A stretch of DNA of 64,000 nt, taken from NCBI GenBank assembly GCA_016926255.1, contig JAFGOY010000012.1, forward strand, positions 14,172-78,171, given 5' to 3'. Below, piece after piece: positions 35,750 through 44,504 of the stretch. The notes under the pieces are model-generated. The model did not search any database. It was not told where the DNA came from and saw only the letters and a program-made list of their open reading frames with translations. A program made the position numbers and the translations under genes. Numbering within the stretch: position 1 is the stretch's first letter; every line of letters begins with the position of its first letter. The DNA comes from Anaerolineae bacterium (GTDB lineage: Bacteria > Chloroflexota > Anaerolineae > Aggregatilineales > UBA3940).

Positions 35750-35834
35750 TCAGCAGAAAGCCTCGGCGGGTGACGACCTTCGGTCGTTTCAAAGCACGCT
35801 GTGCCCGTACAAGCTGGTTTTCTTTTTCAGGTGG

Positions 35835-36770
35835 TCAAATTTTAGTTTCGATAAACTGAAGCACCCGTTCGGGGTGCTGACCGACGTAGTTGTAGGCGTC
35901 GAAGCGCATCATCTTGCCCTCGATCCACCAGAATTCTTTAGGCCCCTGCACGGCATCGTAGATACTCTCGATGTCGTGCAGTTCTGTCCAGCGGTCTTCG
36001 CGGGCCTGGACGAACAGCGAGGGGACAGCAACATCCGATGCGTATTCGAGGGGAGACATTGCCTTCAGGGAATAGCCGCCGCGCAGCTGAACCAGCCAAT
36101 CGACGAGGGGCATCAGGAAAAGGCTTAGCGGCGTGTAGACGGCCTTCAAATAGCTGCGGACAAAGACATTGGCCGAAATGGGCTGGATGGCGACCAGGAA
36201 AGCAATATCTTTGACGAGTTCGCCACCTTTGCTCAATGCGATAATGGTCGAATTGGCGCCCATGCAAAAACTGACGAATCCGATCCGGGGATTGTTCAGG
36301 GTAGGGCGCTCTTTGAGGTAGGCGACCGCCCCCAGTACGTCTTTGTATTCTTCGAGGCCGACGCCGGTCAGGGCTTTACCGCTCTGGCCGTGATTGCGGA
36401 AATCGAACATCAGGATGGAATGGCCTGCATTGTGGAGGGCCTGGGCGGTGGTCAGGAGGTCGACATCGGTCCAGGCGAGCGGGGGAAAGCCCTGGTTCTT
36501 AGCGATGAATCCATGCCGGTTGAAGGGGAACGGGTGGGTGATGATGATCACCTTGCCGGATGAATCCGCCGGAATGAACCATCCCGACAGGGTGATGCCG
36601 TCAATGCTGGTGAACTCAACATCCTCATAGGCCATGCCATAATCGGCGGGGGTCTTGATAATTGACTGCCGCCGCGAGTGGATGATCAGGCCGGAAAAGA
36701 TCAGGCCGATGACCAGTACCAGACCGATCAGCACGGCGGCGATAATCAGCAGGACTGCGTAAACCGGCAT
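35835..36770 (-). CDS. Membrane-anchored alpha/beta hydrolase (dienelactone-hydrolase/COG1073-like, possible Cys nucleophile)
   Basis: N-terminal TM helix. The elbow is FVSFCMGAN, where GxSxG would normally sit. A C-terminal HD region is present. GGAGG RBS. Confidence 0.65.
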   Translation of the reverse strand: MPVYAVLLIIAAVLIGLVLVIGLIFSGLIIHSRRQSIIKTPADYGMAYEDVEFTSIDGITLSGWFIPADSSGKVIIITHPFPFNRHGFIAKNQGFPPLAWTDVDLLTTAQALHNAGHSILMFDFRNHGQSGKALTGVGLEEYKDVLGAVAYLKERPTLNNPRIGFVSFCMGANSTIIALSKGGELVKDIAFLVAIQPISANVFVRSYLKAVYTPLSLFLMPLVDWLVQLRGGYSLKAMSPLEYASDVAVPSLFVQAREDRWTELHDIESIYDAVQGPKEFWWIEGKMMRFDAYNYVGQHPERVLQFIETKI

Positions 36771-36791
36771 GATGACCTCCGTTTCGAGGGA

Positions 36792-37607
36792 TTAACCCTG
36801 TTGCTGCTGCTTCTTCAGCCGTTCCTCTTTGCGCTTCTCGCGCAGGTGCTCGCCGAAAGTCATCTCGTCTTCGGTGGCTTCGGCCCAGGGATAGATGGCG
36901 GCTTCTCTGGCCGCCTCACGGATGGCGGGATCATCGGAGTAACAGCCGCGCTGTTCTGGTGGGAGAAGTTCGGCAATGTGGTGCATGATGTCATGGCCAA
37001 TCTCGTCAAGTTGGCGACGCCGCTCTCGCCCGCTGCCACTGGTCGAATAAGGGCCAAACGGTTTGCCGATCCGCACGGTGACCTTTTCGCGTTTTCCCTG
37101 CCTTAGCTTGACAAAGACGTTCTCCATATTGATCAGACCAATCGGGACAATACGGGCATTCGATTGGGCGGCGAGGAAGGCTACACCGGGGCGCGGTGGG
37201 CGAAGTACCCTGGCCCAGGTGCCACCTTCGGGGAAAATGCCGATGATGCCGTCCTGCTTGAGGACTGACAGTGCCTTTTTCAGGGCCGTCGTCGAAGCGG
37301 TGCCACGGGCGACGCGGAACACGCCCCACCATGTGGTGAGGAACTGCACCGCACGCGGCGAACCGGGGTTGATCGTCCCGGCTAGAAAGTCAAGATAATA
37401 GGGGGTCGCACCGATCACGAAAACCGGGTCGACATAGAAGAAGTGGTTGGCGGCAAGAATCAGAGGGCCTTTCTCAGGTAGATTCTCCCGACCTTCGATG
37501 TTGAACCTGGTTAGCCCATAGGTCAAAGGATGGGCGATGGCAGCGCGCAGCACCCAGCGAAGCACGGTTCGGCGCGGGTAGTGGATGTTTGTTGTGTTGT
37601 TTGTCAT
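36792..37607 (-). CDS. Lysophospholipid acyltransferase (PlsC/LPLAT family) with a C-terminal extension
   Basis: Acyltransferase motif I AANHFFYVDP (HX4D) and motif III GIFPEGGT are present. Confidence 0.75.
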   Translation of the reverse strand: MTNNTTNIHYPRRTVLRWVLRAAIAHPLTYGLTRFNIEGRENLPEKGPLILAANHFFYVDPVFVIGATPYYLDFLAGTINPGSPRAVQFLTTWWGVFRVARGTASTTALKKALSVLKQDGIIGIFPEGGTWARVLRPPRPGVAFLAAQSNARIVPIGLINMENVFVKLRQGKREKVTVRIGKPFGPYSTSGSGRERRRQLDEIGHDIMHHIAELLPPEQRGCYSDDPAIREAAREAAIYPWAEATEDEMTFGEHLREKRKEERLKKQQQQG

Positions 37608-37660
37608 GGTGGTTAGTGTAGGCGATAGCGAGGGGAATCGTCAAATTGAAGATTTGTATC

Positions 37661-37689
37661 TTGCCTAATCGACGGGTTCAACTTACTAT
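37661..37689 (+). promoter_or_regulatory. Sigma70-like promoter for the response regulator gene (TTGCCT, 17-nt spacer, TACTAT)
   Basis: Hexamers are at 37661-37666 and 37684-37689, 36 nt upstream of the ATG. Confidence 0.4.
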
Positions 37690-37725
37690 AACTGTGTGTT
37701 TGGACTACCCTGACCAGAGGACAGA

Positions 37726-38418
37726 ATGGCCCGAATTTTAGTTGTCGATGATTCCCCGACCGCGCGCGCATCGATCAGGCTGATGCTGGCCGACGAGGGC
37801 CACACGGTGATCGAAGCGGCCAGCGGGCAGGAGGCACTCGATCTGCTCTCCGGTAAACTGCCCGACCTGATCCTGCTCGATATCGTCATGCCGAATATTG
37901 ACGGCATCGAAACCTGCAGGCGCATCCGATCTGACCCGTTTATGACCCAACTACCAATCGTCTTTCTGACGGCGAGAGATCGCCCGCATGATATCGCCAA
38001 AGGGCTGGATGCCGGTGGGGATGATTTCGTCTCGAAAGCGGCGTTGAGCGTCGAACTGCTGGCCCGTGTGCGCGCGGTGCTGCGGCGGTTTGCCGGGGGT
38101 ACGCTCGATCCTTCAGCCGACCGGCTGGCGGTTGGCGGTCTTCTCCTGTACCTGTCACGCTTTGAGGTGCTGGTCGATGGGGTGAAGGTCGAACTGACAC
38201 CGGTCGATCACCGGCTGCTTTACTACCTGATGTCGCGGGCCGGACAGCCCGTACCGACCGATCAACTGCTGGAGCACGTGTGGGAATACGCCCCCGGAGA
38301 AGGCGATCCGAAAGTGGTGCATGTGGGGATCGCCCGGCTGCGCTCGAAAATCGAAGCGGCGGATGGGCCGCGTGTCATCCGCACCGTGCGCGGGCGCGGG
38401 TACATGATCGAAGGCTGA
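37726..38418 (+). CDS. OmpR/PhoB-family response regulator (REC plus winged-helix DNA binding), orphan
   Basis: REC motifs are DD...D (ILLDIVMP) and a conserved T/K. The C-terminal winged helix reads LTPVDHRLLYYLMSRAGQPVPTDQLLEHVW...IARLRSKIE...IRTVRGRGYMI. There is no adjacent kinase gene. Confidence 0.9.
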   Translation: MARILVVDDSPTARASIRLMLADEGHTVIEAASGQEALDLLSGKLPDLILLDIVMPNIDGIETCRRIRSDPFMTQLPIVFLTARDRPHDIAKGLDAGGDDFVSKAALSVELLARVRAVLRRFAGGTLDPSADRLAVGGLLLYLSRFEVLVDGVKVELTPVDHRLLYYLMSRAGQPVPTDQLLEHVWEYAPGEGDPKVVHVGIARLRSKIEAADGPRVIRTVRGRGYMIEG

Positions 38419-38426
38419 GCCGCTTT

Positions 38427-38507
38427 CCCCTTATTACAAAAGCCTAAAGATGAGCTTCCTGTAGTGTTCTGTTACCTCCAGACGGGTGAGCACGTGGTAT
38501 CAATAAG
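38427..38507 (+). promoter_or_regulatory. Conserved upstream block 1: ATTACAAAAGCCTAAAGATGAGCTTCCTGTAGTGTTCTGTTACCT, 17-nt spacer, TGGTATCAATA (extended -10-like); contains phased direct repeat CTGTAG/CTGTTA
   Basis: It is nearly identical to 38845-38923 (44 of 45 nt in the core, same spacer length, identical TGGTATCAATA). It sits ~55 nt upstream of small ORF 1. Confidence 0.55.
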
Positions 38508-38559
38508 CTATAAGGTTTTAATGTGATAAGCAATCAAGAATTTTTAATGGAGAAATGAC

Positions 38560-38715
38560 ATGACACTCAATCCGACACTCAAAGAGAACTGGGAAAAGCT
38601 TCAGGAAAAGTACAACTACCCTGTCGATGCACTGGGACGTCCGATCGAAACGAAGGACGAGGAAACCCTGAAAGTGTGGCGCGGTGAGGGTATTGATCGC
38701 TTCCAGCAGAAGTAG
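38560..38715 (+). CDS. Small protein 1 (51 aa), unknown family: MTLNPTLKENWEKLQEKYNYPVDALGRPIETKDEETLKVWRGEGIDRFQQK
   Basis: Not in the supplied track because it is under 60 aa. GGAGA RBS lies 7 nt upstream. Its paralog 430 nt downstream has the same length and 41 of 51 identical residues, with 7 synonymous codon differences. It has its own terminator. Confidence 0.7.
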   Translation: MTLNPTLKENWEKLQEKYNYPVDALGRPIETKDEETLKVWRGEGIDRFQQK

Positions 38716-38754
38716 TACAAACCAGCCAACAGACTTTATGGGGAACCAGAGGAT

Positions 38755-38785
38755 CAGCTCCAGCAAGGAGCTGTTTTTCTTTTTT
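38755..38785 (+). terminator. Rho-independent terminator of small ORF 1 (CAGCTCC-AGCAA-GGAGCTG-TTTTTCTTTTTT)
   Basis: A 7-bp stem plus a 12-nt T-rich run, 40 nt after the stop. Confidence 0.75.
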
Positions 38786-38844
38786 GTGGCAGAGGCAGGG
38801 AGCACCCGGATGTGTTCGGGGGTGAGACAGAGCCGGACTATCTC

Positions 38845-38923
38845 TCCTATTACAAAAGCCTAAAGATGGGCTTCCTGTAGTGTTCTGTTACCTTCGGGCA
38901 GGCTGCGGTGTGGTATCAATAGA
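38845..38923 (+). promoter_or_regulatory. Conserved upstream block 2 (duplicate of 38427-38507)
   Basis: Same core, spacer length and TGGTATCAATA element. It lies ~65 nt upstream of small ORF 2. Confidence 0.55.
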
Positions 38924-38988
38924 GTAGCAACGTAATCAACCATGATTAATGGTAAAAATACTGAACAAATTTAATTGGAGGGAGACAG

Positions 38989-39144
38989 ATGGCACTCGAT
39001 CCGAAAGTCAAAGAAAACTGGGAAAAGCTTCAGGAAAAGTACAACTATCCTGTCGATGCACTGGGGCGACCGATCGATCCGAAGGACGAGGAAACCCTGC
39101 GAGTCTGGCAGAGTGAGGGTATCGACCGCTTCCAGCCGAAGTAG
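38989..39144 (+). CDS. Small protein 2 (51 aa), paralog of 38560-38715: MALDPKVKENWEKLQEKYNYPVDALGRPIDPKDEETLRVWQSEGIDRFQPK
   Basis: GGAGGGAGA RBS. The frame is conserved with copy 1. The track ORF 38975-39196 is in a different frame that is not conserved between the two copies. Confidence 0.7.
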   Translation: MALDPKVKENWEKLQEKYNYPVDALGRPIDPKDEETLRVWQSEGIDRFQPK

Positions 39145-39185
39145 TGGAACCTATCCGACAATAGTTTTACTGGTATCCGGAGAAT

Positions 39186-39218
39186 CAGCCTCATGATGAT
39201 GAGGCTGTTTTGCTTTTT
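39186..39218. terminator. Terminator hairpin between convergent genes (CAGCCTCAT-GATG-ATGAGGCTG-TTTTGCTTTTT)
   Basis: A 9-bp stem plus T-run, 42 nt after small ORF 2 and 13 nt before the stop of the minus-strand gene. Confidence 0.75.
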
Positions 39219-39230
39219 GCAGGCATTACG

Positions 39231-39605
39231 CTAATCGCCGACCCCCGCCAGGAATGAAAGCACCCTTTCCTGCACCTCATCCGGGGTCAGGTCATTGGTA
39301 TCGATGTAGAGATCGCAGTGCTGGCGGGCATGGGAAAGCCGCTCGACTTCGACTGCGAGGCGATCCGGCCCCCAGTCAACCAGCGGGCGGCGCTGCCGGG
39401 AAACCTCAAAACTGACATCCAGATAAATCAACACATCGGGCGGGTGGATTCGCTGCCACATGTCTTTGACGTAGGAATGCTCCTGGGCGACATGGCGCAC
39501 GGCATATCCAGCGGCTTTCAACCGCGTGACGAGCGTCGATTTGCCGGAGGCGCTCGGCCCGACGACGGCTACTACCAGATCGGGCCGGGCGTCCTCATTG
39601 TTCAT
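39231..39605 (-). CDS. Small P-loop NTPase/kinase-like protein (124 aa)
   Basis: Walker A motif VVGPSASGKSTL at the N-terminus, with a Walker-B-like VLIYLD. It overlaps the upstream gene by 11 nt. Confidence 0.65.
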   Translation of the reverse strand: MNNEDARPDLVVAVVGPSASGKSTLVTRLKAAGYAVRHVAQEHSYVKDMWQRIHPPDVLIYLDVSFEVSRQRRPLVDWGPDRLAVEVERLSHARQHCDLYIDTNDLTPDEVQERVLSFLAGVGD

Positions 39606-40695
39606 CGCGGCAGGGCCGGTTCCAGTTGCGGGCCAGGTCTTTGATCTGGGGGAGACCGGCCACCACAGCGATCACGTCACCGGAGTGGAGCACCACGTCG
39701 TCGTTGGGACTCTGGTCGACGGCATCACCGGATTGGAGGAGGACAATCGAAATGTCGAGTGTGTCTTCGACGCTGCCGACTGCCGCCCCATCGAGGCGGG
39801 AGCAGGGCTGCACCTCGACGCGGCCCATCGCCAATACCTGATCGCCCACTTTGAAGGTCTGGACGATCTCGGTGCCAGCGGCGGCCCCGGCAAAAGCGGG
39901 CGCAGCCATCATCGAGGCACTCATCACGGCGCTGACCTCGAAACGGTCGGCCATCGCCTCGGCGAACTGGTCGTCGAACATGCGCATGACGATGCGGATA
40001 CTCCTGTTCGTCTCGCGGATACGGCTGGCGATCTGGAGGTTGGCAAGGTCGTTGTTGGTGGCGATGATCACCGCCGCCGCGCGGTCGATCCCGGCGGCGT
40101 CCAGAATATCGACGTTGCGGGCGTCGCCGGTGATCACCGGGATATCGTATTCGCGGACTTCGACAAAGCGGGGCGAATCTTCGTGGATTTCGATCACGAC
40201 GATGTCTTCGTCGAGGATGACCAGCTCACGCACCACGCGAATTCCCAGGTGGCCCAGGCCGATGATAATGATGTGGTCATTGAACGTAGATGCCACGGCA
40301 GCCTCCCATTGACTGTGACGCGAACGTCGATTGAACAACAGCGGTAGAAAATCGGCCAGGCCGGTAGCCAGCGCGATGACGCCCAGCAGGGGCATCAGGA
40401 AGTAGTAAATATCGAGGTACCACTCCTGCGGGAAATCGAGGGTGGGCTGCATCAGGGTGAGCGCCGAGGTCTGGAACAGCGCCTCGATGAAACGCATCGA
40501 GTTGTCGGGGTAAGTCTGGTTCCAGAGCGCCTGGAAGCTGATCGCGCCGAGCAGCAGGGCGACGGTAAAGATAACCAGCCCCACGCGGAACTCGCGCAGA
40601 AGCACCCAGGTATCGCGCAGAGACGCCCGCAGGCGTCGGCGGATGGCGCGGCGGTGGTAGGCGGCCCTGGCATCATCACGGGTGGTGATGGTCAT
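39595..40695 (-). CDS. Membrane protein with RCK/TrkA-N and TrkA-C domains (potassium-channel-related, no obvious GYG filter)
   Basis: N-terminal helices are followed by a Rossmann motif IIIIGLGHLGIRVVREL and a C-terminal TrkA-C-like beta domain. I did not see a TVGYG selectivity filter. Confidence 0.7.
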   Translation of the reverse strand: MTITTRDDARAAYHRRAIRRRLRASLRDTWVLLREFRVGLVIFTVALLLGAISFQALWNQTYPDNSMRFIEALFQTSALTLMQPTLDFPQEWYLDIYYFLMPLLGVIALATGLADFLPLLFNRRSRHSQWEAAVASTFNDHIIIIGLGHLGIRVVRELVILDEDIVVIEIHEDSPRFVEVREYDIPVITGDARNVDILDAAGIDRAAAVIIATNNDLANLQIASRIRETNRSIRIVMRMFDDQFAEAMADRFEVSAVMSASMMAAPAFAGAAAGTEIVQTFKVGDQVLAMGRVEVQPCSRLDGAAVGSVEDTLDISIVLLQSGDAVDQSPNDDVVLHSGDVIAVVAGLPQIKDLARNWNRPCRDEQ

Positions 40696-40763
40696 AGAGG
40701 CGGCTCCCCTTTCTGTACCCGGCGCTGAAGCACCGGGCTAAAGTGTCACCTTGATATAGGTCA

Positions 40764-41495
40764 TCAGGGCCGCAGGATGGGCGGCACCGGGAATGAGACA
40801 CTCAATCGTCGGATTTCGTCGGACTGGTTATGAGCGACGGCGACGACCAGCACGGAAATATCATCCTTAGGGCGATTATCGTCGCGGTGGAGCGCTTCGG
40901 CAAGCAGGGCATCAGCGATGGGCCGGGCGATGTCAGGTTGATCGATGCTGCGGGCGTAGAGTTCGTCGACGAAGGCGGGGACATCAATCGCGCCGCCGTT
41001 GTTCTCTCCGGCACACTGAACGCCATCGGTGAAGACGACCGCCACCATCCCGTAGGCGACCGGCAGCTCGGCGATCTGGGGCTTGGTGCGGGCGTGGACG
41101 CCAATCGGCGGGGCGGGGTCGTTGAGGATGATCTGCTCGCCGGGGGCGGTCTGGATGATCGCCGGGCAGTGGCTGTTCCGCGAGAGGACGAGCGTCTTGG
41201 AGGCCATATCGACGGAGACGATGTTGAGGGTCGCCGAGACTTTGCCGCCGCGCTGGGTGTACAAATAATCGTGGGTGGCACGGGCGGCGGCCCCATCACG
41301 GACGCCTTCGGAAAGAAGGGCGATGGCTTTACTGGTGACGAGATTACTGATTGTCTTGGCCGCTCTGCCGGATCGCTGGCCGTCGGCGAGTACGAACGAG
41401 AGTCCCCCCTGGGGACGTTCGATCATTTCGAGTGTGTCGCCGCTTTCGCTGGTGGCGTATTTACCGATCTTGGCTGCGGCTACCTGAATCTGCAC
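40764..41495 (-). CDS. PP2C/SpoIIE-family serine/threonine phosphatase (catalytic domain only), GTG start
   Basis: Motifs SGDTLE...FVLADGQRSGRAAK, VVFTDGV and DDISVLVV are present. The start is moved to GTG 41495 (GAGGAA RBS). The track start at TTG 41594 lies inside a family D repeat. Confidence 0.7.
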   Translation of the reverse strand: MQIQVAAAKIGKYATSESGDTLEMIERPQGGLSFVLADGQRSGRAAKTISNLVTSKAIALLSEGVRDGAAARATHDYLYTQRGGKVSATLNIVSVDMASKTLVLSRNSHCPAIIQTAPGEQIILNDPAPPIGVHARTKPQIAELPVAYGMVAVVFTDGVQCAGENNGGAIDVPAFVDELYARSIDQPDIARPIADALLAEALHRDDNRPKDDISVLVVAVAHNQSDEIRRLSVSFPVPPILRP

Positions 41496-41670
41496 GGGCG
41501 GGTTCCTCGGTGTGATGGTTGGACGTTGGGATAATGATACCACCGGGGCGGGTTGTCCACGAGTGAGGAGGATTCGATCCGCGAATTGCGCCAATTACGC
41601 TAATTATTTTTAGCGGGCTACCGCCCGCCGGGAATCGATTAAATGTAACTGGTGCAGATGAGGACAAATT

Positions 41671-43899
41671 CTATTGACCGGTTGGTTCGGTGAGGGTGAT
41701 CGTGCCGACGAAAACCGCGTCCTGGCCGCCGGTGGTGAGCAGGGGCGTGCCATCGGGGTCAAGGAGGCCGACGTAGACTTCGTAGGATGCCGGTTCGAGC
41801 GCGGCGGTATCAAGCTGATAGGTATCGGTGACCTTCTCGCCGGTCTCCCAGATCGAGGTTGGGTACGCACCGTCGTGCGGTTCGGCGGCGGTCTGCGCGG
41901 CGACGAGTCCCGCGCTGCGCACCTGGACATAGATCCGATAATCGGCCTGGGGCGGGCGGTTGGCTTCCCACATCAGGAGAACCTGCAAGCCTTCTTCCGG
42001 GGTGCTGGAAAGTCGGTAGCCCATGAGTGTCAGGTCACCGAAATCAGCGCGAACGCCCGACATCGCACCGACAAATACTGACTCCGGGAAGGGGACTTTG
42101 CCCTGACCGATGACCTGCCAGGTGAGCGCTTCGGGATCGGGGCCGATCCCAATCGAGAGGTCGTAGACGCCGGGCATGGGTTCGGGTACGAGGTCGATGG
42201 TGTGGAAGGTGGTGATCAGGCGGCGCTGGGGCCAGTTCTGGAAATCGACCCACTGCCCGTTCAGGGCGGCGAGGGCCTCATTGCGGCCCCGGATGGCTAT
42301 CGAAACATACTGCGGTTCGTCGAAGGATTCGTTGAGGAGCCATTCCAGGCGCATGCGACCTGTGCGGCCACCTTCGAGGGGACTGAGGGGATAATCGACA
42401 GCGATGGTGTTCAAAATCAGGCCGTTGGGATAGCCGACCATGCCGAGCAGATGCTCGGTGAGCGGGGGTGGGGAGGCGGTGCGGGTGTAGATCACAAGGG
42501 GGTCGGTCTCGCCAAAGCAGGCCTGCTCGGCGTACAGACCGGCCAGCCAGGGATTCGATTGGGCATCGACCAGGTCGGCGGCCTGGGACTCGTGGAGGAC
42601 GATGACTTCGGGGATATAGGCGTTGATCCACCAGCGGGTATCACCGCGACGGTAGGCCTCGGCGAGATCGGGCTGGAGGCGGCCTTCTGGATCGAGGATG
42701 GGGCGCTCGGAGATGTAGCCCAGCGTGCCCAACTCCGACGTCGCTATGATGGTGTCCGGGCTGGTGTTCTCAAGAAGCCAGAAACCGGCCTGCGCTGACT
42801 CTTCGTCGACCAGAGTGGGCTGCATGGCCTGCCAGGGGATATCTCCGGTGGGTGGGGCGAGGGTGAGGCGGAGCAGCGAATCGGTGGCGGCACCGACCAG
42901 CAGCAACGCATAGACTCCGATCACGACGGCGCGGATACCCTTCTCCTTGATCAGGCCGACGAGCCAGTTTGCACCCAGGCCGACGAGCGTGGCAAGGGCC
43001 GGGATCAGCGGGGCGAAGTGCCACGAATAGACGGCGGTACGGAAAAGGGCAAGGGTGATCAGGTGAAGGGCGGCCCATCCGGCCAGTACCAGCGGCCAGC
43101 GGTCTTCGCGGCGGCGGAGCACCGGCAGGCGGACAAGGCCGGGGATGGCGAGGATCGGCAGGACGATCCACAAAGGCGAGAGGGTAAAACTGGCTTTGCC
43201 AACAGCGGCAAGCCCGGCCCAGACGTTAGGGGCGAACACGTCCGTGAGGATGGGACCGGAACCCACACCGGGGAGTCCGGGCAGCATCAGCAAGCCCAGA
43301 ATGACGATCCCGGTATAAAGGCCGATAGGGAGAATTTCGAAGCGGCGACCGGTGGCGATGGCATCGGCGATCAATATGGCGGCAAGCGCGCCGATCTCAG
43401 GGCGGATCAAGGTCGCCAGGGCAAGGAATACGGCGGCGACGACCGGCCAATCAAAAAGATAGGCCATAGTCGCAAGCAGGGCCAGTGCCATCCACAAAGC
43501 AATCTCCAGGCCGAGGGTCAGCCAGAGCAGGGGAAAGACGGCGAACAGGGCGCTGACCAGGAGGGCAGTCCATTTGCCGGTGGGGAGCACGGCAAAGTAA
43601 AGGGCCACCACGCCGATGCCAATGGAAACGACACCGATCAGATTGCCGGTGAGGGGGATATCGGGGGTGAAGCGGGTGAAGAGTGACAACAGGAAAACGT
43701 AAAGCGGGCTGATCGAGCCGGTAAGAACCGGCTCGCCGGGATTGTAGGCAAATCCCTGGCCGCTGGCGAGATTGCGGGCGCAGCGATAAGAAATGAAGCT
43801 CTGGTCGAGATGCTGTCCGCTGAACAGAAAGCCGAGGCCGACGACGATCAGGACGAGGGCGAGTAGACTCAGGATTTCGACGTGGCGTCTGGCAATCAT
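41671..43899 (-). CDS. Large polytopic membrane protein, GT-C-like glycosyltransferase (ArnT/PMT-like N-terminus) with a ~330-aa extracytoplasmic C-terminal domain
   Basis: 742 aa. About 11-13 hydrophobic helices in the first ~400 aa. The soluble C-terminus is rich in beta-type sequence. The family assignment is by architecture only. Confidence 0.55.
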   Translation of the reverse strand: MIARRHVEILSLLALVLIVVGLGFLFSGQHLDQSFISYRCARNLASGQGFAYNPGEPVLTGSISPLYVFLLSLFTRFTPDIPLTGNLIGVVSIGIGVVALYFAVLPTGKWTALLVSALFAVFPLLWLTLGLEIALWMALALLATMAYLFDWPVVAAVFLALATLIRPEIGALAAILIADAIATGRRFEILPIGLYTGIVILGLLMLPGLPGVGSGPILTDVFAPNVWAGLAAVGKASFTLSPLWIVLPILAIPGLVRLPVLRRREDRWPLVLAGWAALHLITLALFRTAVYSWHFAPLIPALATLVGLGANWLVGLIKEKGIRAVVIGVYALLLVGAATDSLLRLTLAPPTGDIPWQAMQPTLVDEESAQAGFWLLENTSPDTIIATSELGTLGYISERPILDPEGRLQPDLAEAYRRGDTRWWINAYIPEVIVLHESQAADLVDAQSNPWLAGLYAEQACFGETDPLVIYTRTASPPPLTEHLLGMVGYPNGLILNTIAVDYPLSPLEGGRTGRMRLEWLLNESFDEPQYVSIAIRGRNEALAALNGQWVDFQNWPQRRLITTFHTIDLVPEPMPGVYDLSIGIGPDPEALTWQVIGQGKVPFPESVFVGAMSGVRADFGDLTLMGYRLSSTPEEGLQVLLMWEANRPPQADYRIYVQVRSAGLVAAQTAAEPHDGAYPTSIWETGEKVTDTYQLDTAALEPASYEVYVGLLDPDGTPLLTTGGQDAVFVGTITLTEPTGQ

Positions 43900-43916
43900 T
43901 CGCGTGGTGTGGTGGA

Positions 43917-44504
43917 TCAGCGGTTGGCTAACAGGTCAAGGTCGACTTCACCGGTCTGGACGAACTCGTCCAGGGTCGGGGTGATGACGACATGCGGTGG
44001 CAGATAGCGCAGCACGGTGGCGGTGATCCCGCGTGCGTCGAAGCGGCTCTTGTGGATCATCCCCCGGTCTTCAAAGGTGACGTCGAACTCCATCATCTCG
44101 CCGTCGCTTTCGATGAAACGGACGATGGGGTATTCGAGGGTAAATTCGCCGCGAGTCTCCTGCCCCTTGACGAAATCGACACGGATCACGTCTTTATATT
44201 CGAGGGTGGCGGTGCGCTTGCCCTCGCGCCAGACCATGCGGTGGGGAGTGACTTCGACCTGGATGGCCTGCCGGAGACGGGCAAGAGTGACGATCCCGGC
44301 GATCAGCCCTGCGACCCCGGCACAGGCGATCCCGCCGGAGAGGGCGACCGACCAGGTGGTCGAGCGGTTGGCGGCGGTGGTCATGCCGAAGACGGTCGCG
44401 CCGCAGCCCATGAGACCGGCCCCAATACCAAATAGCAGGTAGGCGGTGCGGCTGATCGAACGGCGGGCGGAAGCCGCCGCAGGGAAAATCTCTGGATTAG
44501 CCAT
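43917..44504 (-). CDS. Membrane protein (two TM helices plus a C-terminal soluble domain), hypothetical
   Basis: 195-aa ORF, 17 nt upstream of the GT-C-like gene on the same strand. No motif recognised. Confidence 0.55.
   Translation of the reverse strand: MANPEIFPAAASARRSISRTAYLLFGIGAGLMGCGATVFGMTTAANRSTTWSVALSGGIACAGVAGLIAGIVTLARLRQAIQVEVTPHRMVWREGKRTATLEYKDVIRVDFVKGQETRGEFTLEYPIVRFIESDGEMMEFDVTFEDRGMIHKSRFDARGITATVLRYLPPHVVITPTLDEFVQTGEVDLDLLANR

Noticed and set aside
38975-39196. Track ORF of 73 aa (MEGDRWHSIRKSKKTGKSF...) overlapping small gene 2
   Set aside because: It is in a different frame from the 51-aa ORF. That frame is not open or conserved in the duplicated copy at 38560-38715, whereas the 51-aa frame is conserved with synonymous changes and has an RBS.
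38427-39218. Possible mini-CRISPR or tandem-repeat array (two ~80-nt identical blocks about 420 nt apart)
   Set aside because: There are only two copies. The repeats are much longer than CRISPR repeats. The intervening sequence encodes conserved small ORFs with RBS and terminators. No cas genes are in the window.
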